Positions 1-35,249 of a stretch of 64,000 nt of DNA are shown in pieces. Each line of letters starts with the position of its first letter. Position 1 is the stretch's first letter. The stretch lies in the NCBI RefSeq assembly GCF_009914755.1, contig NC_060927.1; one strand, written 5' to 3'. Position numbers and translations under genes: made by a program. Origin of the DNA: the human T2T-CHM13v2.0 reference genome, Homo sapiens. The notes under the pieces were generated by a model. The model had not been told where the DNA came from and ran no database searches. It was given only the letters and a program-made list of their open reading frames with translations.

Positions 1-1671
<1,671 letters not shown>

Positions 1672-2721
1672 TGCAACTTTGATATTTTAAAAAGAAATTC
1701 TTTTGAAACTAAGAGCTTTCTTAATAACCGTACTTCTCAAAATCAGAGTTTTACTGTTTCAATAAATGTTCACCCTAGATTGTAAGTTTTTTGTTGTTGA
1801 GCCCTAGATTTTTTTCTACTAGTGTAAATCTGTATTCCCTCCAAGTATGGTGATAAGGGGACTGAGTCTTATTTACATTTGTACAATCACTACTTTACCT
1901 GTTGTATTTGCAGTAAGTCTTTTGAGCCCTATTAAACCTGTCAATTTTCTTGTCCTGTCAGAAAACTGAGATTTTGGCTCAAAAATGGATGTTATTAACA
2001 AAGGGGAACAATATAGATGTCTTAGTACAAAGAAAATGAAATGTAAGAGGAGATTGTCTGGAGTTCAGGGGATAGAGTGTCAAGTCTTAAATGGTTACAT
2101 CTTTTTGCTAAGTGTTACTCAGAATATAGTTACAAATATGGTACTTAAATATCTAGCTGAAATTTGTTTGTCCCATGAGCTTCTCACATGAGTCTACTGG
2201 GCAATTTTATGTGAGTTTTGGTCAAAATTGGTAATCTCTTTTATCTTAGTTTTGCATAATTTATTGTTGCCATTTTATCAAATGAGTAGGAAGTAGTGAA
2301 GTATTTCAAGAAGATTGCTCAGTGGGGTTTGATACAAGAACTGCCCAGTAGCTGGGCGACATTCAGAGCTCTCTCTCTGAGGTATATAAGAAGAGCCCTG
2401 GGAGCTCCTCACTGAGCCTCCTGTGAGTCAGGACATAGCCTTGCAGTCTGCCACTGAAGCAGCCTCACCAAAGCAAAGATTCCCTGCTTTGGAAGGGTGG
2501 TGGGCAAGATAAAGTCCTCCAAAGTAGTTATAGATTATTCTTTTTCTGGAGTAAAACTTACCTGCTCAGAGTTGTTACACAGCTGTATAAAGTCCTTAAT
2601 GCTTTTAATTCTCAGGTGGTTTTGAGGGAAGGAGAAGAGCCTGTGATTTTCCTTCTGTGTATCTTTTTAGTGCTTAGAAATTACTTGCCAAAAAAAAAAA
2701 AAAACACGAAATTACTTGCAA

Positions 2722-2960
2722 GCTGGTTATGGTTGCTTATGCCTGTAATCCTAGTGCTTTGGGAGTTGGAGGTGGGAGGGTATCACTTGAGCCCAGGAGT
2801 TCAAGACCAACTTGGCAGCATAGCAAGACCCTATCTCTAAAAAAAAATGGGTATGTGTGGTCCCAGCTACCTGGGATGCTGAGGCAGGAAGATTGCTTGA
2901 ACCCAGGAGTTAGAGGTTACAGTGAGCCATGATCATACCACTACGCTCCAGCCTGGGTTA
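2722..2960 (+). mobile_element. Old (AluJ-like) Alu, sense
   Basis: Diverged Alu with cttgagcccaggagttcaagacc. Confidence 0.85.
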
Positions 2961-3184
2961 CTTGCAAACTAACAAAAAATCCCTTATAATTTTGTTTGTA
3001 ATGCCTAAAGTGTTGATTTTTTTCCTAAGAATTCTTTACTGTGACCTTTATTTTCTGAGTTGTAATATTGTCTGTTTTGGTTAGAAAAAAAAAAGTTTAA
3101 CCACAGAAATGCATGTTACATATTTGATTTTTACTTAATTGTAATATGTAATATATGTCTTGTTTTGCTTTTACTTGTTTTCAG

Positions 3185-3417
3185 CTACTACTTATACATG
3201 TGTGATAAAGTGGTTGCCCCAAATGTGTCACTTACTTCTGCTGTATCCCAGTCTAAAGAGCTCACAAAGACAGAGGCAAGTAAGTCCATATCAAGACAGT
3301 CAGAGAAGGCTCACAGTAGTGGTAAACTTCAAAAAACAGTGTCTTATCCAGATGTCTCACTTGAGGAACAGGAGAAAATGGATTTAAAAACAAGTAGAGA
3401 ATTATGTAGCCGTTTAG
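3185..3417 (+). CDS. SKIL: SKIL (SnoN) internal coding exon, 233 nt, with an internal alternative donor after 3279
   Basis: Acceptor tttacttgttttcag|3185 and donor TAG|gtaagt at 3418. Translates (S)[38 protein letters not shown]...RELCSRL, which I recognise as SnoN. Phase 1 joins the next exon as G+AT = Asp. Confidence 0.97.
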
Positions 3418-3734
3418 GTAAGTATTCAGAGATTATCTTTCTAAAATTAAATATCTAATGAACACATTTATTGAGCATTTTCAAACAGGCTTTTTGTTTG
3501 AGCTAAATTTTCAGATAATTGGAGCTTTTACCTTTAAAAATGCTACCCTTCAAAACTCTGGGTGATTTATTTTAATCTCAGTTGCTATACTTTTCTAGCG
3601 TGGTGATAGCTCAGGAGACTGAGATAGATACAGGCTACCTGGCCTCAGACTGCAAGTTATTTTTGTCCGAATTTTTTTCCTTTCCTACCTTTTATTTGCT
3701 GTCAGTCTTCAGGAGATCCTTGTTTTTCTTTCCT

Positions 3735-5421
<1,687 letters not shown>

Positions 5422-5539
5422 AATTTTGAGATTTTTAAAACTCAGTTTTCTTCAGATTTAAATATGGTAAACAAAAATTAGTAATGACTATTAGGCCATA
5501 TTTACATTGTATTTTATTTCTTAAATTAATTCTAATGAC

Positions 5540-8850
<3,311 letters not shown>

Positions 8851-8895
8851 TGGAGTGATATTCATACTTTGTTACTTGATTTTTTTCTCTCCAAG

Positions 8896-9137
8896 ATGCA
8901 TCAATCTCAAATAATTCTACAAGTAAAAGGAAATCTGAGTCTGCCACTTGCAACTTAGTCAGAGACATAAACAAAGTGGGAATTGGCCTTGTTGCTGCCG
9001 CTTCATCTCCGCTTCTTGTGAAAGATGTCATTTGTGAGGATGATAAGGGAAAAATCATGGAAGAAGTAATGAGAACTTATTTAAAACAACAGGAAAAACT
9101 AAACTTGATTTTGCAAAAGAAGCAACAACTTCAGATG
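8896..9137 (+). CDS. SKIL: SKIL coding exon, 242 nt
   Basis: Acceptor ttttttctctccaag|8896 and donor ATG|gtaaaa. Translates [81 protein letters not shown]; frame is continuous with both neighbours. Confidence 0.97.
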
Positions 9138-9171
9138 GTAAAATTGTTATCTAAATGATAGTCCATTATGA

Positions 9172-10291
<1,120 letters not shown>

Positions 10292-10931
10292 ACCGTTACT
10301 TCTCTAATAAAGGAATTACTTTTTGTCAAGCTCAGTTTACTAAGCTAGATTTCAAAATAGATAATTCTGTTAAACATAGCTTTATGCTGTATTGTCCAAG
10401 ATGATTATTTTGATGTTTGTTGCTTTTATTAGTTTAAATTTTTATCGGGTTACTGCAGTTTAGTTACCTAAATTGCTAATCTCTAGCCCTCTGAATATTA
10501 TATGTTATATTATTTTAATGTAGTATATGAGCTTTCAAATCTACAAATTAACAAACAGGAACTGTTGCCTGTTATGTTCAAAAGCACTGGAGCAAAAATA
10601 AGCAATTCTCTTTTGTTAATAGAATCTCACAATTTAAGGAACATGAACAAATAACTAACATGAGCAGGCTGTGATGAGCGGTATAGTAAAGTATAGGGCA
10701 TAATGAACATGAACATGCTGGATGTGTTCCTTCCTCTTGTTCCTTTGCTTTTTCTTAAATTTAGTGTCCTGTCAGATGTCAGATTAATAGTATTAGATGC
10801 TTAATGGATTTAGTATACATGAAATAGTTCGTTTTGTAAAAAGTAATTTGAAAATAGATATTTTCTATGATATGAGGATTAAATGGAAAAACAAAACAAT
10901 TAAAATTGATAGCGCCTTTTAAATCACATAG

Positions 10932-11090
10932 TTGGCAGAACTGAGGCAGAGATTGGACCATGCTGAGGCCGATAGGCAAGAACTCCAAGATGAACTCAGA
11001 CAGGAACGGGAAGCAAGACAGAAGTTAGAGATGATGATAAAAGAGCTAAAGCTGCAAATTCTGAAATCATCAAAGACTGCTAAAGAATAG
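10932..11090 (+). CDS. SKIL: SKIL terminal coding exon (C-terminal coiled coil to stop)
   Basis: catag|TTG GCA GAA; [52 protein letters not shown] then TAG at 11088-11090, the Ski/Sno C-terminal dimerisation coil. Confidence 0.97.
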
Positions 11091-11810
11091 AAACTGTTAA
11101 AGAGATTCATCTGTGTATTACTGACAAGGTTTTTTTTGTTTGTTGCTTGCTTTGGTAATTGAATTCTGAAGAATTTATCTGCATGACGATAACTAGGCAT
11201 TCTATCCATTTGTAGATCAGAGAAAGTGAAGAGATTATATATTAGTACTTAAATTTTTACATTTTCCAAATGAATGAAAATGTATGTTTCTTTGTACTTT
11301 TTTAAAAATCAGCTTAGTAACAATACTATATGGTTTCAACTAGTAGGTAATCTGCTTATATTTCTAATGCAAACTTAACAATTGTGTACTTTTTAAAAGC
11401 TGCAATATGTGATGGAAAATAGCTGTGGTCAATTTTGTTATCCATATTTCAGACTCAATTTTAGATACAATGGTGGCTTTATATTTTAAGTATATAGAGC
11501 TACTCAAGGAGTTGAATCTCCCCTTTTCTCATTAACACAATTTTTCTAAGTTGATATGGTGTACTCATTAACATACACCAAATTTACTTTTACTTTGTTC
11601 AGATTGTGGAATGAATTTCCACCAGTTCTCTTCTTTTTAATGTGTACCCTAGGAGGAATTTTACTGAGGTTATAGCATACCCCATGAGCACAGTGGGGAA
11701 GAAGAATGTGTTGTTATGTGCTGCTGCTAAACAGAAGCAGCAGTTGTAATTTGTTTTTCAGTTTAAATGTGGTTATAGTTAGATTTTTTTTTAAGCAGCA
11801 ACTTTTCAAA

Positions 11811-11850
11811 AATAAAATGTGATAATTTCTGAACTTTTGTTTGTGTTGTT
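11811..11850 (+). terminator. Candidate proximal SKIL poly(A) site
   Basis: AATAAA 11811-11816 followed ~20 nt later by a GU/U-rich element ttttgtttgtgttgtt. Confidence 0.55.
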
Positions 11851-12772
11851 AATAGTGGTGTGAAAATATTAACGTTCTTGAGAAAAACTGATACCACTGT
11901 TGTGTATCAGTTTCTATACAATCCATAATCCTCCTGTACAGTTTTTACATGTAGTTATGAGTCTTACTAAAATTTATATAATGGACTTGTTTTCCTTTAA
12001 GTTGTAAAATGTTAAACACCTTGAAGGTTATTTTGGACTTCTGTATGTTTAAATGTTGTCTTACCAAAATTTGCACGAATGGACCATTTTCATTTACTAC
12101 TTAATATCAAAATCAGGAATTTACAGTCAACTGATAGTACATGATAGGTGCATATAGGACAGTTTAGTTACCTGCTACTAAAAGATTTTTAGATAAGTTT
12201 TAGAAGATAAAGGAATTCCATAGTTTCAGGAGGGACAACATCTTCTGCACTTTTTTTTTGCACAGAAAAGTCTGTCATTCTCTAATGGCAAATTTCATAT
12301 TTGTTAATTCTTGGCTCAAAATATATTAGGTAAAATTCTTAGATCTGTTTTTAAAGGGAGTTTCCTGAAACTATCATTAATTGACATTATTACCCCATGG
12401 ATTTTATGGGATAATAAATGTTTTTCATGTTCTCTTATAAGATACTATGTATGAAATTACTTCAGAGAGCTATATTTATTTTAAAATAAATTAGCTAGGG
12501 TTAAGGTTATATTCTATTTCCAGCATAGAAGGTAGATAATCTAATGGTGTAGAAAGAATCACTAGGTTGTCATTTAACCAGTTATTTTCATATTTTGCTT
12601 AATAGTACATATCCAAAAAGAATTTTGTACTTCCCCAAATGTAATTTATTTACTAAATTGAGTATAACCTAAATGTGTGTTTTCTATTTTCCATTTAAAT
12701 TTTGCTATATTAAGACTAATTTAATTCGTTGAGTCTTGGAATCTTCTCAAGGAGGAACAAATATTAAAATGA

Positions 12773-12983
<211 letters not shown>

Positions 12984-15477
12984 TGACATATTCTCCCAAT
13001 ACAATCTATTTAGATCTGGAGAAGGAAAAATCAGATATTTATGATATAGTTTTATTTTAATTTTGAATTATTTGTGTCACAGCTCAGCTTTTTGGAAGAC
13101 AAACTCAAACACCTATAATTTCATTTATATTTCTAATTCACTTGGAACCTTTCTGCTTTATGTTACCTAGAAAATGATAATTTGTGTAACCCAAAACTTC
13201 TAAAATAAATTGCTTAATCCTTGAAATATGTTATTGGAAAATTTTAAGCAGTGCTTAAACACCATTAAATTATTATGAACTTGTAATTCAGAATTGAGTA
13301 AAGAAATATTTTTTCTAGTCCTTCATATATTGAAAACTTGCCACATGACATTGTATCGTCTTCATTTTCCAGAAGATGCGTTGGTGTGCCATAGGTTTCT
13401 AACTTCCTTGAAAATAGTTTTTTAAGTCAATTGTAAATATACGTATTATTGTTAAAAGTAACTTTAAACTGCAACACATAGCTTCAAAACAATATAGAGA
13501 TTTTGTAATACCTTATAAGTGGAGTTGGCTAAAATACCTTATCCATATAAAACTTATTCTATTCTTTGCATGCTTATTTTGTGTGTTGGTTGCTAGCTTA
13601 AAGTTTGATTTGTTGTTACTCTTTGTGTGCCAAATTCACTAGGCAAGCGGATTTTTCCTCAGACTTCAAAAAATAATTCTTTTAAGAAAAAATGTAAAAA
13701 TGTTTATTCTAAAAAGCTGCATTAAAGGGACAACCTATAAAAAGTTTTGCTAGCTCATCTTTAGAAGGAAGAAAGAATATTAGCTTGGGTGATGTTTAAT
13801 TTGGGTGGCGATAGTTTCTGTAGGCTAAACTTTATGAGAAAAGTGTACCTACTCTATAAAGGTAATAAATGTAAAACCTCTTGCTGTTATTGAGGAAGCT
13901 CTTCAACTACCCTAAATTTCACAAATGTAACTTATAACACTATGAAAAGATTTGACCAACAATTTACGTTTGCTGTGTGCTTTAGTTTTTGTTTAAGCAT
14001 ATTCTTTTGCTTGAATTTCTGTGTTCATGAGAGTTAGGGTGTTTTATGCTTCTTGAACTAATTTTATAACATATTTAATATATTACCAGTTAAGATATAA
14101 AATCATTTGTACATAGCGAATTGTAAAGCAGCTATTAAAGTAGGTGAAATAAAGTATATATTTGCCGGTTATCCATATCTTTTAGAAGTCCTGACAGAAC
14201 AACCAGTTTATTTGCACATAGGTAGCTTCTGTTTGAAGGAAGGTAAAGTTATAAGGAAACTCAAATACTATAAGATGTGTCAAGGTATTTCTCCAGAATT
14301 AATTGCAAAGCTAGTGCTGAAGGATTTTAATCAGCTTCTAAAATTTTCTTCTCAATAAGACATATGTTTTGATTACTTAGGGAAGATTCCTCATTTTTAT
14401 TTGCCCTTTATGCATTTAATCCACATGATAGGACATTAAAAATTAATATAAAGAAAAATCGTGCTCATACTGTACATCTATTTCTGTGCTTGGAACTACT
14501 TGTTAATAGTTTTTATCGAAGCTGTCAGCAATAAGGGACATAAAACTGCTGTATTATACATTGTGGAATTGAATAAACAGCCTAATTTTTTTTTTTCTAG
14601 TATAGGGTACTTAAGCATTTCCACTTTTGGAAGAAAAGTGTATTAGTATTTTATATTGCATTTCATTTAAAAGGACAGTTTTTTTTTTTTTTTTGTAAAT
14701 CCATTCATTGAAATGGTTTCTAAACTGTATAATGTAATTTGGAGCCTATTTAGTAATAGAATTAAATGTCCTATGTAGTGCTACAATTTTTGAATTAGAA
14801 AGTGATCAAATGTAAGAAAAAAATTTAAAAATTCAGCCCAGAAAACAAAATAGTGTATTAAATTAGTTTAATGTAAAAGGAATTTATAAGATTTTTTTCC
14901 TCAATATAGATACCTCACTTGAAAAGAAAGCACAGCATACTTAAAGTAGTTCTAGTACACATGTCCTAGAAAACAGTTGCTAAATGTAGGACATCTTTTG
15001 AGGAATTAGTTTATGAGAAATAAAATTTTACTTGTTTTTACTATCCTGTTAGAAGTATTTGTTTATCCTGATAATTTTAAGCCAACATAGTAGTCTTAAA
15101 TTACTTTTGAATTTCTAATCTGTGAAGGCAGTAAATGAAATATCTGTTCTGCAACTGTTGAAACAAATAATTGGCTACATTGACCATAATTAAAGTTAAA
15201 ATTTTGCCAATGATGTACAGTTTTATGGTTAAAGTTGCTGTGGTTGGTTGCATTACATGACACAGAAAACTGTCCTCTACCTCACGTGAAATAAATATTT
15301 TATATGGTTTTACTAAAAATAAGACTCATGTATCTGGTCACCTAGTTTACAAATTTTGAATTATATTTATTGAAACATGACATACTGTGCTCTGAGCTTA
15401 TACCTCAATTGTATTTTGTGCTGTTTTCCATTTTCATGCCTTGTAAATAACTTGTATAGATTGTGGATCAAATACTA

Positions 15478-15503
15478 AATAAAAACTTTTAATGCCAATT
15501 AAA
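15478..15503 (+). terminator. Distal SKIL poly(A) signals
   Basis: AATAAA 15478-15483, ATTAAA 15498-15503, upstream UGUA motifs (15442, 15453), downstream GU/U-rich sequence. Confidence 0.7.
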
Positions 15504-15601
15504 TTTGATTCAAGTTATTTCAGTATCGTGTGTGAGCTTAACTTTCTCATTCCCTAAGATTGACATTTTCTTCTTTGTTCCTTTAAAGTCTATTATTCGT
15601 A

Positions 15602-15907
<306 letters not shown>

Positions 15908-16049
15908 TTATTCGTTACACACTAACTTGAAAAATGTGTTTTATTGTAGAACAGGAAATTTTATGCAATATTTCAGGTGATGAAAATACCAGCATTATGT
16001 GATTATTTAATGATTTTTAGACTTCAGCTTTAACATCCTTACCAAATCC

Positions 16050-16700
16050 CTGGTATAAGTTATCTACTGCATAACAAATTACCCCACAATTTATCAATGT
16101 CAGAAATCCAGGAGATGGCCAAGCACACTGGCTCTTACCTGTAATCCCAGTGCTTTGGGAGTCTGGGGTGGGAGGATCGCTTGAACCCAGGAGTAGCAGT
16201 TTCAGGCTGTGGTGAGCTGTTACATAATCACACCACTGCACTCCAGCCTGGGTAAGAGTGAGCGGAGTGAGACCTTGTCTCTAAAAATAAAAAACCCCAA
16301 GCTACTTATACATTATATCATGGTGTTATCAATAAGGGCAATTAAAAAAAAAATCCAGGAACATTTAGCTTGCTGTTGCGGCTCAGGAGCTCTTGTAAGG
16401 TTGCACTTAGGATGTTACCCAGGGTTGAAGTCTGAAAGCTGCATTGAACTGAAGGATTTGCCTCCGAGCTCACTTACATGGTTGCCGACAAGGTGCTCAA
16501 TTGCTCACTATGTGGACCTGTCCATGGAGCTGTTCATGACATGACTAGTTTACCCCAAATGAGTGATCCAGAAGAAAACGTCATGCCACAATTTTTTTAT
16601 GACCCAGACTGTACGTCACACACTCACTTTTGTTTTATTACAGGACAAGTTTACATAGGGTTTGAATACCGGGAGGCAGGGATCATTAGGGACTATCTTA
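16050..16700. mobile_element. MaLR LTR (MLT1-type) interrupted by an Alu monomer (about 16117-16293)
   Basis: tatctactgcataacaaattacccc and gaataccgggaggcagggatcattaggg resemble MLT1 ends; subfamily not determined. Confidence 0.65.
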
Positions 16701-16739
16701 GAGTCTATTTATAGTACCCTCTAAGTTGTAATTAAATTT

Positions 16740-17596
16740 TTTTTTGTGATGAGATGTACACAACAATTTAGTATTTTAGCCGTTTTTAAGTGTACGATTC
16801 AATGACATAGTCACAATGTTAGGCAACTATCACCATTGTTTTCAGCATTTTTTCATTATCCCAAACAGAAGCTCTGTACCTATTAAACAGTAACTCCCTA
16901 ATGCATATCTTCTCCCCCAGCCCCTGATAACTTTTTTTCTATTTTCCGTCTCTGAATTTGCCTATTCTAGATATGTAAGTGGAATAAAAATACTTGTCCT
17001 TTATGTCTAACTTGTTTCATTGATCATGATGTTTTCAACATACATCCGTGTTGTTTCATGTCTCAGAATTTCACTTGTTTGTATGGCTGAATAGTACTCC
17101 ATTGCATGTTTATACTACATTCTGTTTATCCATCTGTTGATTGACAATTTCATTGTTTGCACCTTTTAGCTATTGCAAATAATGCTGCTATGAACATTGG
17201 TTTACAGTTGTCTACTTAAGTCCCTGCTTTCTCTTCTTTTGGATGTATACCTAGGAGTAGAATTGTTGGATCATATGGTGATTCTATATTTAACTTTTTG
17301 AAGAATCACATACGTTTTCCACAGGACTGCTTCATTTTTCATCCGCACCAGGAATGCATGATGGTTACAGTTTCTCTACACCCTTGCCAACACATGTTAT
17401 TTTCCATTTTACCAGTATTAGCCATCCTATTGGGTGTGAAGTGTTACTTCATTTGCATTTCTCTAGTGACTGATGATGTTGGAGCACCGTGTGCGTTGTG
17501 TATTTTTGGAGAACTATTCAAGTCCTTTGCCCATTTAAAAAATTGTTGTTATTGTTGAGTTGTAGGGATTCTTTATATATTCTGGATATTAATCCC

Positions 17597-17600
<4 letters not shown>
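16740..17600 (-). mobile_element. L1MB-like 3' fragment
   Basis: aatgctgctatgaacattgg, acctaggagtagaattgttggatcatatgg. Confidence 0.8.
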
Positions 17601-18540
<940 letters not shown>

Positions 18541-18549
18541 CTTATTTTT

Positions 18550-25046
<6,497 letters not shown>

Positions 25047-25093
25047 CACAAAAATTAGCCGGGTATGGTGGCGCGTGCCTGTAAACCCAGCTA

Positions 25094-25217
<124 letters not shown>

Positions 25218-25249
25218 TTAAAAAAAATAAATAATAAAATATATAACTC

Positions 25250-28089
<2,840 letters not shown>

Positions 28090-28384
28090 TACTCTTTATA
28101 GATCCTTATATAATACTGAATATTTAAAAATACTTAAAATATTTTAAATTTTAAAATTTAAAACTTTTTTTTACTCATGATCAAAAGAATTCACGTTCAT
28201 TATGGAGAACTGGAAAATGCCTAAAGAACAAAAGAGAGGAAGAACTCTCAATCTCACTACCCAAAAAAGTTGTTAACATTTCGGTGTATATTTTTCAAAT
28301 ATATTTATATATATTTTAAAAACCAATCTCCAACTGTACAGATATTTTGGAAGTACATTTAGCAATTTGTATTTTCAAATTCAT

Positions 28385-30986
<2,602 letters not shown>

Positions 30987-33190
30987 TAAGATAGAGAATT
31001 TAAAGATGTGGCTTTTTAGTTAGATTATTTCCTTATTTTTCACTTCAGCACTTATATACTCTATTACTACTATGTTTTCTGAAAATGTAATCGCTAGTTG
31101 AATTTGGGCTAAAAATAAGGACTTTTGCTCTTCTTCAGGAACTATGATCTCATAGGTTGAATTAGACAGGATATCATTTAATGCAGTCTGAGACTCTTGG
31201 CAGAGAAGTGGATGAATAGAATTGCTACTTGAAGAGAGAAAACACTCTGAGAGGATTCAAGCCTAAAACTCCAGGTACAAGTTTTTCATTATTTTACTCT
31301 ATCTACAAGCTGAAGGAAGGGAAATTTGGGATGAAATGGCTTCTGAAGGAATGATATTCTAGTTGCACTGTGAAGAAAGGGCAAGATATGGGGGAGCACC
31401 TGGAGCCCTGTTGTCTGTTCTAGAGAACCTGGTGTGTTTTCCACAGTGATTGTTGGAGAAATTTCCTGAAAAGGAATTTTTTCCCCTCTCGTAGCTGAAT
31501 TTGAATCTCCAGGTGGAAGTGAATTGTGAAGGTGCCACTCTTCTCTGCTGGAAGTATATGCATTGAGGCCAGCGTGTCTAGGTAATTAGAGACTTTTCTG
31601 TTTGAGACCTGAGCAGTACACATCCCTTCTACTGCTGAAGGCTTCACTTTCCTGTGGGCGGCAGGTGGGTACCCGAGACCACAAAGAGCTGTACTCTGCC
31701 TCTTGCCCACTCCCTAGACCAGCTCCAATCACCACCTCCTGATTTCTTCTGCATGGTGTCTTCAGGTTCTCATCCTAGTGGAACTTGTAGGCTTGCAAAT
31801 TCAATCTCTCCCTTTCAACCCTTCAGTCAGCTCCATTCAACAGGTATGTATTGAGTGCCTTTGTGTATGCCACGTACTGTGCCACATTCAACAGTTTCGG
31901 TGATGAACAAAATAGACAAAATCCTGAAACTTACAGGTCATTTCATTTTTAAAGCCTATGTTTGATATTCTTTTTATGCTATGAATTTGTTCTACAGTAT
32001 TTCTAAAAATGTGTGTATGTGTGTATCATCAAATATTTAAAATCCACCAGAGGAATTTATCCCTTAAAAAGAGGTCCCCAGGCCGGATGTGATGGGGAGC
32101 TGAGATGGGGGTATCTTTTGAGGCCAAGAGTTTGAGACCAGCCTGGGCAATACAGAGACCCCTCCCCCATCTCTATAAAAAATACAACAATAAAAAAATT
32201 AGCCAGGTGTGGTGGTGTGCACCTATAGTCCTAGCTATTCAGGAGGCTGAGGTGGGAGAATCACTTGGGCCCAGAGTTCGAGGTTACAGTGAGCTATGTT
32301 TGTGCCGCCACACTTCAGCCTCCAGGGGGACAGCAAGACTCTGTCTCTAACAAAATAAATAAATAAGTAAATAAGGGCCTAGTAGAAGTACTTGATTTTT
32401 TAATTGAGTAATCTTGCTTAAGTAATTTCATATATGTCCTGTGTTTTCATGTTTGGTTTTCTAAAGAGGTGAATCATCTTTTTAAAATATATGAAGAAAA
32501 CTTCCACAGAGAAATGCACATTCCAGTTGGGTTTAATTATCCCTCATTTGGAATGTGCAAAGCTGAGGTTAATCATGTTTCTCTACAAGTTACAGCTCCC
32601 TTCAGTTTTTTACCAGCCATGCAATGATAAAAGATAACCACTAGCAGGCGCTAAGAGCCTACTCGTTGGCCCAAACTTTGCTCTCAATGTGGGGTTTTGA
32701 TGCTTGCCAGCAGTCACATCTGCTTTGTGGTATGCATTCGTGCTGTATCTGAATAGCATTTTAGTTTGATTGACTATTTTTGGGTGTAAATGGTAGAAGA
32801 ACAGTTAACCAGGCCTTTTCCTTTGTTTAGTTCACATCTGGGTTTTAGGGCCTTACTGGCCCTAATCCCCTAATCCTCCCCTTCAAATACCTTTGAATAA
32901 GAGTAAGATGAAGGAACGAACTTACGCTCAAGCCACAGAGCATATGACTCATCTTATATTTTTTTTTATAATGGAAAAAAACATTGGACTTAGGGTTAGA
33001 AGACCTGAAATCAGGTCTCAGCTCTACCTTCCTAGTTCTGATATGTACTGTGGAAATGTGAAAAGATGGCATGGCAGAGTTTGCTGAGAAAAAATTAACT
33101 GAGAAGACCTTTGTCTGGATGGTCTGGGGACCAACGATTGACGTTTATCTGAGGGTGATTAGACCTTGAGAGACTGACTCTTACAACTAA

Positions 33191-33797
<607 letters not shown>

Positions 33798-34818
33798 GCA
33801 ATGTGGATGATTTTAGCAAAAGTCTCAGCTAAGATAGCTTGAGGGACTTCCCCACCCTACAGAGCCTTGCTAATGGCACCGCATCCTCAGAGTCTGTGAG
33901 CCACAGACTCTGAAAATAGTCAAGGATTCCCATTGCGTCTCTCTGCCTCTTGGCCCCCGGTTCTCTTTGCTTCCATGGCTTCCTGCCTTCCTTTTGAAGG
34001 GACAAGCCCTCTCTTTACCTTGGGCTAATGAATTCAAACAGGTTACATCTTGTGGCCTCCTCAAGTGGCCTTTTGTACATCTATGCTGGAATGGATTAGA
34101 CACTGGCTTTACAATTGCTTTCATTGGATAATAATAATACCCTAATTATTTAGCTTGTATCTCTACCAAAGGGAACTCCCACTTCCAATTAATCTATGCT
34201 TCCTATAAATCATTCTAACAGTGTCTAATGTGAATGAGTGTCCAGCAGTGCTGGGCACTATGCTGAGTACTTCATATAAATTATCTCACTTGATCCTCAC
34301 CATGCCCTAAGGGGGCATTTACTATCTCACTTTGTACATGAAGAACCTGAGAGTCACGTAGGTGAAGGGCCAGCTCAAGTGGTGAAGACAGAATGTGAAC
34401 CTAGGAGGTCCCAGTCCAAGACAGCAATCTTAACAACTTGGCAATTTTTTTTTTTTTTTTTTTTTTTTTACCATTTAGTGCCTGAGTTCTGAAATCTGGC
34501 TTTACAAACACTATGTGTGTGTGACCTGTGGATGATCTGGGCATTATTATATTCTGATTGGTTGAAGTTTCATGGTTCGAATGTCAAATTCTAATGGAGG
34601 CATAAGAGTGCAGATTCCATGAGTGCTTTTACAAGAAGTTGATGTTGCTTGGGTTTTATGTTTTATGTTGTATTTAGCACAAAAGCCATTTTAAAAAAGT
34701 GTTATAAGGAAATATCTGAAAACATTCAGTCCATAGACCCTGGTGATGAAACGTCCCCCAAACACAATGGCTCACTCAGAACATACTCCTATGGAATAGT
34801 TTCCACAAATCAAACTCA

Positions 34819-34992
<174 letters not shown>

Positions 34993-35249
34993 TTAGCTGG
35001 GCATAGTGACTCATGCCTGTAGTCCTAGCTACTCAGGAGGCTGAGGTGGGAGGATCACTTGAGTCCCGGGGTTCAAGGCTACAATGAGCTGTGATCACGC
35101 CACTGAACTGTAGACAGGGTGACACAGATCTTGTCTCAAAACAACAACAACGGCAACAACAACAACAACGTTCTGAAGCATCACATTAGCCAGGGGTTTC
35201 TGAATACTTACTTTGTACCAATGTTACTTTAAGTTCTGCATATATATTA

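Noticed and set aside
1891-1936. tactttacctgttgtatttgcagtaagt as a recursive splice site or cryptic terminal exon (ATTAAA at 1931)
   Set aside because: The AG and GT share one G (AG-T, not AG|GT), so it is not a recursive site, and the implied terminal exon would be too short. No other support.
31130-31280. Exon-like segment (ttcttcag ... ccag|gtacaa) in unique intergenic DNA
   Set aside because: Weak donor, stops within the segment and no identifiable partner exon; cannot be supported without RNA data.
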